DNA of 29,766 bases from a virus (lineage: Duplodnaviria; Heunggongvirae; Uroviricota; Caudoviricetes). The notes under the pieces are model-generated. The model was given only the letters and a program-made list of their open reading frames with translations. It ran no database searches and was not told the DNA's origin. A program made the position numbers and the translations under genes. The stretch lies in the IMG/VR virus record IMGVR_UViG_2711768076_000016. One strand, written 5' to 3'. Shown in pieces: positions 1 through 8,163 of the stretch; positions within the stretch are counted from its first letter, which is position 1, and every line of letters begins with the position of its first letter.

Positions 1-690
1 AGCGAGAACATGACCACAATGCGACACGCGCCGGGCGCAATCCGTCTGTGCTGGCACTGCGATAACCAGTTGCGCGATCAGTTCACGGAACGGCTGGAAT
101 CAATGGCAACGGATAACTGTGCCCGCTGGGTATTGTCTGTTGTGCGTCGGGATCTCGGTTTTGATGATAGTCACGTTGTGACAATGCCGGAACTGTGCTG
201 GTGGCTGGTTCGTAATGACCTGGCGGATGCCTTACCGGAAAGTGCAGCCCGTAAGGCACTGAGATTACCGAAGCCTGTTGTGCCGTCTGTCACCCGGGAA
301 AGTGACCTTGTGCCTTCGGTTCCTGCCACCAGCATCATCCAGGATAAGGCGAAAAAGGTGCTGGCGCTGAAAGTGGATCCGGAGTCGCCGGAGTCTTTTA
401 TGTTACGCCCAAAACGTCGCCGCTGGGCTAATGAAAAGTACACGCGCTGGGTTAAGACACAGCCGTGTGCATGTTGTGGAAAGCTTGCTGATGATCCCCA
501 CCACCTGATAGGCGACGGTCAGGGGGGAATGGGTACAAAAGCGCATGACCTCTTTGTGTTGCCTTTGTGCAGAAAGCATCACGACGATCTGCATGCGGAT
601 ACCGTGGCATTTGAAGAAAAGTATGGCTCCCAGTTGGAGCTGATATTTCGTTTTATCGATCGTGCGCTGGCAATTGGCGTGCTGGCGTAA
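1..690 (+). CDS. DUF968-family prophage protein (YdfU-like), probably 5'-partial
   Basis: ORF 10..690; the frame is open back to position 1, so the true start may lie upstream of the window. C-terminal Cys/His-rich region (CACCGK...DPHHLIGDG...CRKHHDDLH) typical of DUF968 proteins that sit just upstream of Q in lambdoid prophages. Family assignment is from memory of motifs, not a search. Confidence 0.55.
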   Translation, partial: SENMTTMRHAPGAIRLCWHCDNQLRDQFTERLESMATDNCARWVLSVVRRDLGFDDSHVVTMPELCWWLVRNDLADALPESAARKALRLPKPVVPSVTRESDLVPSVPATSIIQDKAKKVLALKVDPESPESFMLRPKRRRWANEKYTRWVKTQPCACCGKLADDPHHLIGDGQGGMGTKAHDLFVLPLCRKHHDDLHADTVAFEEKYGSQLELIFRFIDRALAIGVLA

Positions 691-703
691 GTGGAGAACG
701 AGC

Positions 704-1456
704 ATGAACCTTGAAGCCTTACCAAAATATTACTCCCCAAAATCTCCAAAATTGAGCGATGACGCACCGGCGACAGGCTCAGGTGGTTTAACGATTACGG
801 ATGTGATGGCTGCGCAGGGGATGGTGCAGTCGAAAGCACCGCTTGGGTTTGCCTTATTCCTGGCAAAAGTTGGTGTTCAGGATCCTCAGTTTGCGATTGA
901 AGGTCTGCTCAATTACGCGATGGCACTGGATAACCCGACATTGAACAAATTGAGTGAAGAAACCCGGTTACAGATCATCCCTTACCTTGTGAATTTTGCC
1001 TTTGCTGATTATTCCAGGTCTGCGGCAAGTAAGGCTCGCTGTGAGCATTGTGCTGGTACTGGATTTCATAATGTATTGCGCGAAGTGGTGAAACACTCCA
1101 GAAGCGGGGAATCTGTTATCAAGGAAGAGTGGGTGAAGGAACTATGTCAGCATTGCCATGGTAAGGGAGAAGTCAGCACCGCGTGCAGAGGGTGTAAGGG
1201 TAAAGGTATTGTCCTGGATGAAAAAAGAACCCGGCTTCATGGCACGCCTGTTTATAAGATTTGTGGGCGTTGCAGTGGAAACCGGTTTAGCCGTTTACCA
1301 ACCACACTGGCGCGGCTTCATGTCCAGAAGCTGGTACCAGACCTGACGGATTATCAGTGGTACAAAGGATATGCAGATGTCATTGATAAACTGGTTACAA
1401 AGTGCTGGCAGGAGGAAGCTTACGCTGAAGCACAATTGAGAAGGGTGACGAGATAA
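704..1456 (+). CDS. Late-gene antiterminator Q-like protein (about 250 aa) with four CxxCxGxG zinc-finger repeats
   Basis: ORF 662..1456; likely start is ATG 704, preceded by GGAG at 693-696. Four CxxCxGxG repeats (CEHCAGTG, CQHCHGKG, CRGCKGKG, CGRCSGNR). Lies immediately upstream of a promoter-plus-terminator region and the lysis cassette, the canonical Q position. Confidence 0.6.
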   Translation: MNLEALPKYYSPKSPKLSDDAPATGSGGLTITDVMAAQGMVQSKAPLGFALFLAKVGVQDPQFAIEGLLNYAMALDNPTLNKLSEETRLQIIPYLVNFAFADYSRSAASKARCEHCAGTGFHNVLREVVKHSRSGESVIKEEWVKELCQHCHGKGEVSTACRGCKGKGIVLDEKRTRLHGTPVYKICGRCSGNRFSRLPTTLARLHVQKLVPDLTDYQWYKGYADVIDKLVTKCWQEEAYAEAQLRRVTR

Positions 1457-1487
1457 GCGATTTTCGCCGAAGATAACGACATAATAC

Positions 1488-1516
1488 TTGTATTTCTCAA
1501 AAAATATGGATAAGAT
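1488..1516 (+). promoter_or_regulatory. Candidate late promoter (pR'-like): -35 TTGTAT, 17-bp spacer, -10 TAAGAT
   Basis: Hexamers read directly from the sequence between the Q stop codon and the terminator at 1565-1587; position matches the lambdoid late promoter on which Q acts. Confidence 0.3.
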
Positions 1517-1564
1517 TTTCTCAACGATGGGGCTTGTGTATCTATCGTTGAACAATTTTTACGA

Positions 1565-1587
1565 CCTCGCTATTGCGAGGTTTTTTT
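1565..1587 (+). terminator. Rho-independent terminator (tR'-like) downstream of Q
   Basis: Stem CCTCGC / GCGAGG with loop TATT followed by TTTTTTT; a second T-run follows at 1592-1598. Confidence 0.55.
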
Positions 1588-1624
1588 ATGGTTTTTTTCT
1601 ATTCAATCTACATCAAAATCAATG

Positions 1625-1633
1625 TGTTATAAT
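1625..1633 (+). promoter_or_regulatory. Extended -10 promoter (TGtTATAAT) for the moron operon
   Basis: Perfect TGnTATAAT at 1625-1633, about 38 bp upstream of ATG 1671, which has an AGGAG Shine-Dalgarno upstream of it. Confidence 0.45.
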
Positions 1634-1670
1634 GTTTTCTGTAAAACAACATTAAAAACAGGAGAACATT

Positions 1671-1940
1671 ATGAAACTGACCTCTATCCATCTTGAAATA
1701 CTACGTCGAGTGAATGAATTGCAGCCAAAGGATTCTAGAATTCAGGCTGCATCATTACCTCATCTCTCAGCAAAAGAGGTTAACTTTGCTATTTCAGATC
1801 TTGCTGATATAGGTTTTATCGATGTTATACGAAGCAAATCTGCCGAAGGTGGATTGATTGCTAATGAGATAACGTCAAAAGGTTTTGCTTTTTTGAGTGA
1901 GATTGGCGCTGAAAAAAATTCATCGATGAGCACTCATTGA
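1671..1940 (+). CDS. Hypothetical 89-aa protein (moron gene 1)
   Basis: ORF with AGGAG Shine-Dalgarno; AT-rich compared with the flanking phage genes; no recognisable motif. Confidence 0.5.
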   Translation: MKLTSIHLEILRRVNELQPKDSRIQAASLPHLSAKEVNFAISDLADIGFIDVIRSKSAEGGLIANEITSKGFAFLSEIGAEKNSSMSTH

Positions 1941-1954
1941 TTTCTGCTTCAATC

Positions 1955-1972
1955 GGCTGCCAATTGGCAGCC
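1955..1972. repeat. Perfect 18-bp palindrome GGCTGCCAATTGGCAGCC
   Basis: Read directly; lies 15 bp after the stop of ORF 1671..1940 with no following T-tract, so operator-like rather than terminator-like. Confidence 0.5.
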
Positions 1973-2137
1973 TAAACTGTAAAGTGAATTTAAAATCGCC
2001 TACAATTGATGCTTAAATTTTGTTCTGTATCATCTGCAGGTTTAGGGATATCACAGTAGCTTTCTGACAAGAAGAGTTCTTTTCTTCTACCAATGAAGTG
2101 GTTATGTTAACCTGCGCTAAATCGAGACTGGTGCGGA

Positions 2138-2944
2138 GTGGAATCGAAAGTGTCATATTTTTACAGAAGCAAGAATATTTCAGGTGTTTCTATAAATGAA
2201 GATAGCTTGATTAGCTTAAGCACGGCAATTGTCGAACGCTGCGTTAAAATGAATGAGCAAGCTCAAAAGGAAAGTAGGGAAGTTTGTGCTCAATGTGTTT
2301 TTTTTATTTTGTTCGATGGTAAGGGGTATAAAGTTGATTCTATCGGTGAGCTTGTGAAATACTTTAGACAGGCCACTAGGATTGATCAAATAATTTTTAC
2401 TATTGAAACTTATCAAAGTCGACAGTCTAACAGGATGAATGGATCTTGGATGGAGCTACGAATTGATGAGAGGAATTCAAATAGCAGCACAATGATTGTA
2501 GCATCGGAAGATAATGAGTGGGTTGACTCGTTATGGATTACGATTCAGGATTTACTTAACAAGTGCAAAAATAAATTTAGATTTTTTAGAACAGCTTGGA
2601 CTATGTTAAGTATCCAGATTTCAGGTGTGACAGTTGGCTTTTTGCTTAGCTTATGGACAGCCTCAAAACTGGCGCCAAAACTATCAATCGATGGTGCATT
2701 TGCTTTATCATTTATTTGTATCTTTATTTTGTTTTCGAACTTATGGAGCTTTGCTATTCCATTAATAATTAAGCTTATCGACTTTTTGTTTCCTAGTGTT
2801 AAGTTTGTTATTAATGGTAAAAATTACTTTCACTGGAGTGTCCAGGCTATAATTGGAGCGATTGCCAGTGCGGTTATATTGTATTTTATTAGCTCCATGT
2901 TGCTTTTTGCATTAGAAATGTTAAATAGCATCATTAAGAAATAG
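2138..2944 (+). CDS. Hypothetical membrane protein (soluble N-terminal domain of about 150 aa, three predicted C-terminal TM helices); moron gene 2
   Basis: ORF 2138..2944 with a GTG start (uncertain; first in-frame ATG is at 2249). Hydrophobic segments TAWTMLSIQISGVTVGFLLSLW, FALSFICIFILFSNLWSFAIPLII and AIIGAIASAVILYFISSMLLFAL. Strongly AT-rich. A weak hairpin plus T7 tract follows at about 2975-3002. Confidence 0.45.
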   Translation: MESKVSYFYRSKNISGVSINEDSLISLSTAIVERCVKMNEQAQKESREVCAQCVFFILFDGKGYKVDSIGELVKYFRQATRIDQIIFTIETYQSRQSNRMNGSWMELRIDERNSNSSTMIVASEDNEWVDSLWITIQDLLNKCKNKFRFFRTAWTMLSIQISGVTVGFLLSLWTASKLAPKLSIDGAFALSFICIFILFSNLWSFAIPLIIKLIDFLFPSVKFVINGKNYFHWSVQAIIGAIASAVILYFISSMLLFALEMLNSIIKK

Positions 2945-3052
2945 TTAATGAATTAGTTATAATTACATCAATTCTATGGCTGCCAAATGGTGGCCTTTTT
3001 TATTCCTCTCATTTCTATTTCTGAGAGGACTCACTGCAATAAGAGGTGGCTA

Positions 3053-3439
3053 ATGTCCGATCCGATTTCCGGCACAGGGTTAGCTGGTGGAGCCCTAACG
3101 GGCGCTAGTATTTATGGACTGCTGACCGGAACTGATTACGGCGTTGTATTTGGCGCATTTGCAGGGGCTGTATTCTACATAGCAACAGCAGCAGATCTGA
3201 GTGCATCGCGCCGACTAGCATATTTTATCGTGTCATATATTGCCGGGATCCTTTGCTCTGGGTTGGTTGGCTCCAAGCTGGCGAACTTGACCGGATACAG
3301 TGATAAACCTCTGGATGCTATTGGTGCCGTAATCGTCTCTGCTTTAGCCGTTAAAATCCTGACGTTCCTGAATAATCAGGATATCGGCTCGCTGGTGGCG
3401 CTCATAACGCGCCGGGGAGGTTCAGGTGGAGCTAAATGA
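3053..3439 (+). CDS. Putative holin (about 128 aa, multiple TM segments)
   Basis: ORF 2987..3439; likely start is ATG 3053 with a GAGGTGG Shine-Dalgarno. Gly/Ala-rich hydrophobic helices; sits directly upstream of the endolysin. Confidence 0.5.
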   Translation: MSDPISGTGLAGGALTGASIYGLLTGTDYGVVFGAFAGAVFYIATAADLSASRRLAYFIVSYIAGILCSGLVGSKLANLTGYSDKPLDAIGAVIVSALAVKILTFLNNQDIGSLVALITRRGGSGGAK

Positions 3440-3707
3440 CCCGACAGCAACTATAAATGCGCTGTTATGTGCTTGTGTTGTTATTACTCTGATGTTTTAT
3501 CGTCGTGGCGACTCCAGACATCGACCGTGGATATCTCGCTTAGCGTGGCTGCTTACGGTCATTTATAGCGCCGTACCGCTGGCGTATCTGTGCGGTATCT
3601 ACCCTTATTCATCGTGGGCCACTATCGTGGCCAACATTATTTTCCTGTCCGTGCTGGTCGCCGTCAGAGGCAATGTGGCACGTCTGGTTGACCATCTGAG
3701 GCACTAA
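3426..3707 (+). CDS. Small membrane protein, second holin or antiholin candidate (93 aa)
   Basis: GTG start 5 nt after GGAGG; two to three hydrophobic helices; translationally coupled to the endolysin (TAATG overlap at 3705-3709). Confidence 0.45.
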   Translation: MELNDPTATINALLCACVVITLMFYRRGDSRHRPWISRLAWLLTVIYSAVPLAYLCGIYPYSSWATIVANIIFLSVLVAVRGNVARLVDHLRH

Positions 3708-4321
3708 TGAACCAATCACAATTTCAGCAGGCGGCTGGTATCAGCGCCGATGTTTCTGCACGCTGGTTTCCGCACATTGATGCGGCAATGAAAGAGTTTG
3801 GTATTACAGCAGTTAATGATCAGGCCATGTTCATTGCACAAGTCGGGCATGAGTCTGCAGGATTTACTTCGCTGGCAGAGAGTTTTAACTACTCGGTTGA
3901 AGGGCTGAAGAAAACCTTTGGTAAGCGTCTGACGCCGTACCAGTGCGAAATGCTGGGGCGTGTCGATGGTAAACAGGTCGCTCACCAGCCGCAAATAGCC
4001 AATCTGGTTTACGGTGACCGCATGGGGAATAACAGCCAGGGTGACGGCTGGAAATATCGCGGTCGTGGCCTGCTTCAAATTACTGGCCGTGAGAACTACA
4101 CCAAATGTGGTGCGGCGCTGAAACTTGACCTTGTCAATACACCAGAATTGCTAACGCAGGAGCGACATGCGGCCCGTTCGGCGGCGTGGTACTTCACGTT
4201 ACGCGGTTGCTTGATGTATTCGGGTGACGTGGAACGTGTAACGCAGATTATTAACGGCGGACAGAATGGCATTAAAGACCGCCGTGAACGTTACGCCAAA
4301 GCAAAAGCCGCACTGGTATGA
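3707..4321 (+). CDS. Endolysin, glycoside hydrolase family 19 (chitinase-like lysozyme)
   Basis: 204-aa ORF with a GHESAGF motif and overall resemblance to GH19 phage endolysins; located between the holin-like genes and the spanins. Confidence 0.7.
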   Translation: MNQSQFQQAAGISADVSARWFPHIDAAMKEFGITAVNDQAMFIAQVGHESAGFTSLAESFNYSVEGLKKTFGKRLTPYQCEMLGRVDGKQVAHQPQIANLVYGDRMGNNSQGDGWKYRGRGLLQITGRENYTKCGAALKLDLVNTPELLTQERHAARSAAWYFTLRGCLMYSGDVERVTQIINGGQNGIKDRRERYAKAKAALV

Positions 4322-4328
4322 GGTCACT

Positions 4329-4598
4329 ATGGGACTTGAAATGATTATCGGCCTGGTTGTTGCTGTGCTGGCTGCAATTGCAGGTGCTTTTGGTCTGGGT
4401 AAATCACGCGGTACAAGTATCGCAGAAACAAAAGCGGACCAGCAACGCACTGAAGAACGTGCAGCTGCTACTGAAGCCGTTGCAGAACGTAGGGTAGAGA
4501 CAACAAAAGGAGCCTGGGATGTACAGCAGACTGTTAATCATCTACCTGATGACGATGTTGACCGTGAGTTGCGCGAAAACTTTACCCGCAAAACCTGA
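4329..4598 (+). CDS. Rz-like i-spanin
   Basis: ORF 4266..4598; likely start is the Met at 4329. N-terminal TM helix (MIIGLVVAVLAAIAGAF) followed by a charged, Ala/Glu-rich periplasmic domain. Confidence 0.55.
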   Translation: MGLEMIIGLVVAVLAAIAGAFGLGKSRGTSIAETKADQQRTEERAAATEAVAERRVETTKGAWDVQQTVNHLPDDDVDRELRENFTRKT

Positions 4599-4737
4599 AG
4601 TAACGGACACGGCCTGTGACTGGGTAAGAATCATCTACCTCACAGGTCAGGACATTGAAGTGCTGGATAAGCTTACGAAGCGGGATATTCTGGCACATAA
4701 CAAAGCAGTACAGCGCAACTGTATTAGCCAGTTATGA
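4519..4737 (+). CDS. Rz1-like o-spanin lipoprotein, overlapping the 3' end of the Rz-like gene in another frame
   Basis: 72-aa ORF with signal peptide and lipobox (LTVSC); overlapping out-of-frame arrangement typical of Rz/Rz1 pairs. Confidence 0.5.
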   Translation: MYSRLLIIYLMTMLTVSCAKTLPAKPEVTDTACDWVRIIYLTGQDIEVLDKLTKRDILAHNKAVQRNCISQL

Positions 4738-4748
4738 GGCAAACGAGA

Positions 4749-4771
4749 TTGCGGGCAATTATCGCCCGCAA
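4749..4771. terminator. Hairpin between convergent genes (candidate bidirectional terminator)
   Basis: Stem TTGCGGGC / GCCCGCAA with loop AATTATC; lies between the Rz1-like stop (4737) and the stop of the minus-strand ORF (4780). Confidence 0.4.
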
Positions 4772-4779
4772 TAAAGTTA

Positions 4780-5196
4780 TCAATTATCTCCTTTAAAGGA
4801 GTCGTATTCACCCCAATCAGCAAACCCAATCGGTCTTTTAGGGGTCTCTAAGCATAAGCGTTTTTTTCGGATTAGCAGGACATTTATTTGAGATACATGC
4901 TGAACAAGTTCTACAGGACTGCCATCCTCCAGAGTACCAATGAAAGAAATTAATGATGGATTCCAGTAGCTTATGTCTGTGAAATGAAATTCAATGTTTT
5001 TACCAAAGCTAGCTAGTTGTCCTCCTACCTCATACTCTTCTTCAAGTTCACGGTGAAAATCATTTATCCAGCATATAAGGCGTCTATGAAATTCATTTGC
5101 AAGATTGTAGTCCTTTGGAACATATGGCTGTGAGTATTTGAGGAAATCATTCATGTAGTTATTTGTCATCAGGGCGTCCTTTACGAGCATAACCAT
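4780..5196 (-). CDS. Hypothetical protein (up to 138 aa) on the opposite strand; moron at the position lambda uses for bor
   Basis: Minus-strand ORF, AT-rich, between the lysis cassette and the packaging genes. Start uncertain (in-frame Met codons at 5196, 5169 and 5154). No similarity to Bor noted. Confidence 0.45.
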   Translation of the reverse strand: MVMLVKDALMTNNYMNDFLKYSQPYVPKDYNLANEFHRRLICWINDFHRELEEEYEVGGQLASFGKNIEFHFTDISYWNPSLISFIGTLEDGSPVELVQHVSQINVLLIRKKRLCLETPKRPIGFADWGEYDSFKGDN

Positions 5197-5267
5197 TGTT
5201 ACTTAACGGATTGAAACGCTATTAAATAACATGGTTTCTATCATAATTTCTATCCGGAGTTTTCCAT

Positions 5268-5618
5268 ATGCCGCCACGAATCCCAAAAGCCTGCCGTGTT
5301 CGCGGCTGCCGTTCTACCACTACAGATCCGTCAGGCTACTGCGAAAATCATAAAGGTGAGGGCTGGAAATCCTACAAGCCAGGTCAATCACGGCAGCAGC
5401 GCGGATATGGAACAAAGTGGGAAGTCATCCGGGAGCGGATACTAAAGCGCGACAAAGGGTTATGTCAGAACCATCTTCGGCAGGGAGTTGTGAAGCAAGC
5501 GTCCTGCGTGGACCACCTCAAGGCGAAGGCTCACGGCGGCACTGATGAAGACAGCAACCTTGAGAGTCTGTGCTGGTCGTGTCACGCAGTGAAGACCGCG
5601 CGTGAGCGGTTCAGGTGA
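5268..5618 (+). CDS. HNH endonuclease (terminase-associated)
   Basis: 116-aa ORF with Cys-rich N-terminus and HNH-like motifs (CVDH...HGG...N...CWSCH); directly upstream of the terminase genes. Confidence 0.7.
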   Translation: MPPRIPKACRVRGCRSTTTDPSGYCENHKGEGWKSYKPGQSRQQRGYGTKWEVIRERILKRDKGLCQNHLRQGVVKQASCVDHLKAKAHGGTDEDSNLESLCWSCHAVKTARERFR

Positions 5619-5735
5619 GAATTGATGTCATCATCAGCCAGGGGAGGGGGAGGTCGAATCTTTGCAACCGCGCGCCTTCCGGACTGCCCGCCCCATCGTT
5701 TTTTTATACCCGCGAAAAATGAAATTTAACCAGGA

Positions 5736-6239
5736 GTGCCGCATATGGCTGGAACGGCGGGGCGTTCCGGGCGTCGCCCCAAGCCAACGGCGCGCAAGGC
5801 GCTGGCCGGAAACCCCGGCAAGCGAGCCCTGAATAAAGATGAACCTGTTTTTACGCCCATCAAAGGTGTTGAGCCACCGGAGTGGTTCGCTGAAGAAGAT
5901 CTCCCTCTCGCCACGATCATGTGGCAACTGACAACTAAAGAACTCTGCGGTCAGGGCCTGCTGTGCGTGACTGACCTCGCAGTGCTTGAGCGGTGGTGTG
6001 TGGCCTATGAGTTCTGGCGACGTGCCGTGAAAAATATTGCCAGACAGGGCAACACCATCACCGGTGCAATGGGCGGTATGGTCAAAAATCCGGAGCTGAC
6101 CGCCAAAAAAGAACAGGAGTCCGAGATGAGCAGTACGGGGGCAATGCTCGGACTCGACCCCAGCAGCCGCCAGCGTCTGATTGGCCTGGCGGGGAAGAAG
6201 AAAGCCACTAACCCGTTTCTGAAAATCATCGAATCATGA
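5736..6239 (+). CDS. Terminase small subunit (P27-family-like)
   Basis: 167-aa ORF immediately upstream of, and overlapping, the large terminase gene (ATGA overlap at 6236); size and position fit a small terminase. Confidence 0.65.
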   Translation: MPHMAGTAGRSGRRPKPTARKALAGNPGKRALNKDEPVFTPIKGVEPPEWFAEEDLPLATIMWQLTTKELCGQGLLCVTDLAVLERWCVAYEFWRRAVKNIARQGNTITGAMGGMVKNPELTAKKEQESEMSSTGAMLGLDPSSRQRLIGLAGKKKATNPFLKIIES

Positions 6240-7969
6240 GCCGGAAATCTTACCCCAACGTAAATGCTGCCAATCAGTATGCCCGTGATGTCGTGCGCGG
6301 AAAGATTGTGGCCTGCCAGTTTGTGATTCAGGCCTGCCAGCGGCATCTTGATGACCTGATGGCGGAAAAAAGTAAGTCGTTTCGTTACCGCTTCGACAAG
6401 GACCTGGCTGAACGGGCCGCTAAATTTATTCAGCTGTTGCCGCACACCAAGGGTGAGTGGGCATTTAAGAGGATGCCCATCACGCTGGAGCTGTGGCAGC
6501 TCTTTGTGATCTGCTGCGCGTTTGGCTGGGTCAATAAAGGCTCCCGGCTGCGCCGCTTCCGTGAGGTGTATACCGAAATCCCCCGTAAGAACGGCAAATC
6601 GGCAATCTCTGCCGGTGTCGCCCTGTATTGTTTTGCCTGTGATAACGAGTTCGGCGCGGAAGTGTATTCCGGTGCCACGACGGAGAAACAGGCATGGGAA
6701 GTCTTTCGTCCGGCAAGACTGATGTGTAAACGCACACCCATGCTGACGGAAGCGTTCGGGATTGAGGTTAACGCCTCAAACATGAACCGTCCGGAGGATG
6801 GTGCGCGTTTTGAACCGCTGATCGGTAACCCCGGTGATGGTTCATCACCCCACTGTGCGGTGGTGGATGAATATCACGAGCACGCCACCGATGCGCTTTA
6901 CACCACGATGCTTACCGGGATGGGGGCGCGACGTCAGCCACTGATGTGGGCCATTACTACTGCCGGGTACAACATTGAGGGGCCGTGCTACGACAAGCGG
7001 CGGGAAGTTATCGAGATGCTCAACGGGTCGGTACCCAACGATGAACTGTTCGGGATCATCTATACCGTTGACGAAGGCGATGACTGGACCGACCCGCAGG
7101 TGCTGGAAAAAGCCAATCCAAATATTGGCGTGTCGGTTTATCGCGAATTTTTGTTAAGTCAGCAGCAGCGTGCGAAAAATAACGCCCGTCTGGCAAACGT
7201 CTTTAAAACAAAACACCTCAATATCTGGGTGTCGGCGCGTTCGGCGTATTTCAATCTGGTGAGCTGGCAGAGCTGCGAGGATAAATCACTGACCCTTGAG
7301 CAGTTCGAGGGGCAGCCGTGCATTCTGGCCTTTGACCTGGCGCGTAAGCTGGATATGAACAGTATGGCGCGACTTTATACCCGCGAGATTGACGGTAAAA
7401 CGCATTACTACAGTGTGGCCCCGCGTTTCTGGGTACCGTATGACACGGTGTACAGCGTCGAGAAAAATGAAGATCGACGGACAGCCGAACGCTTTCAGAA
7501 ATGGGTGGAAATGGGCGTTCTGACCGTTACCGATGGTGCGGAGGTGGATTATCGCTACATCCTCGAGGAGGCCAAAGCGGCGAACAAAATCAGCCCGGTC
7601 AGTGAGTCACCCATCGACCCCTTCGGGGCGACCGGGTTGTCACATGACCTTGCTGATGAAGACCTGAACCCCATCACTATCATTCAGAACTACACCAACA
7701 TGTCCGACCCGATGAAAGAGCTGGAAGCGGCAATTGAATCGGGGCGCTTTCATCATGATGGCAATCCCATCATGACCTGGTGTATCGGCAACGTGGTCGG
7801 CAAAACCATTCCGGGTAACGATGATGTGGTGAAGCCCGTCAAAGAGCAGGCGGAAAACAAAATCGATGGTGCAGTTGCGCTGATTATGGCGGTTGGCAGA
7901 GCCATGCTGTACGAGAAAGAAGACACGCTGTCTGACCACATTGAGTCCTATGGGATCCGCTCGCTTTAA
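6236..7969 (+). CDS. Terminase large subunit
   Basis: 577-aa ORF with a P-loop (PRKNGKS) and the expected position before the portal gene. Confidence 0.85.
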
Positions 7970-7980
7970 CTGAGGTAATT

Positions 7981-8163
7981 ATGATCATGCTGATTCTCGC
8001 GCCTCTGGTGGGCGTGCTGGGGGCGCTTTTGCTGGCGTATGGTGCCTGGCTGATTTATCCCCCGGCGGGGTTTGTTGTTGCCGGGGCGTTGTGCCTGTTC
8101 TGGTCGTGGCTGGTGGCGCGATATCTCGACCGTACACAGTCGTCTGTCGGCGGAGGTAAATAG
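7981..8163 (+). CDS. Small hydrophobic protein (60 aa, two predicted TM helices)
   Basis: ORF with GAGGT Shine-Dalgarno; sits between the terminase and portal genes. Confidence 0.35.

Noticed and set aside
171-767. Minus-strand ORFs 171..443, 403..705 and 579..767
   Set aside because: They lie antisense within the DUF968 and Q coding regions and have no ribosome-binding sites; shadow ORFs.
1671-1940. 89-aa ORF in the Q-lysis slot as a possible Shiga toxin B subunit
   Set aside because: Same length class and location as stxB, but no signal peptide, no resemblance to StxB and no adjacent stxA-like gene of about 315 aa.
2987-3052. 22-codon N-terminal extension of the holin ORF as a dual-start antiholin
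   Set aside because: Only the ATG at 3053 has a good Shine-Dalgarno; the upstream ATG at 2987 sits inside the preceding terminator-like hairpin and T-tract.
6005-6783. Minus-strand ORFs 6005..6445 and 6430..6783, and + ORF 6522..6722
   Set aside because: Embedded in or antisense to the terminase genes, which have strong coding evidence.
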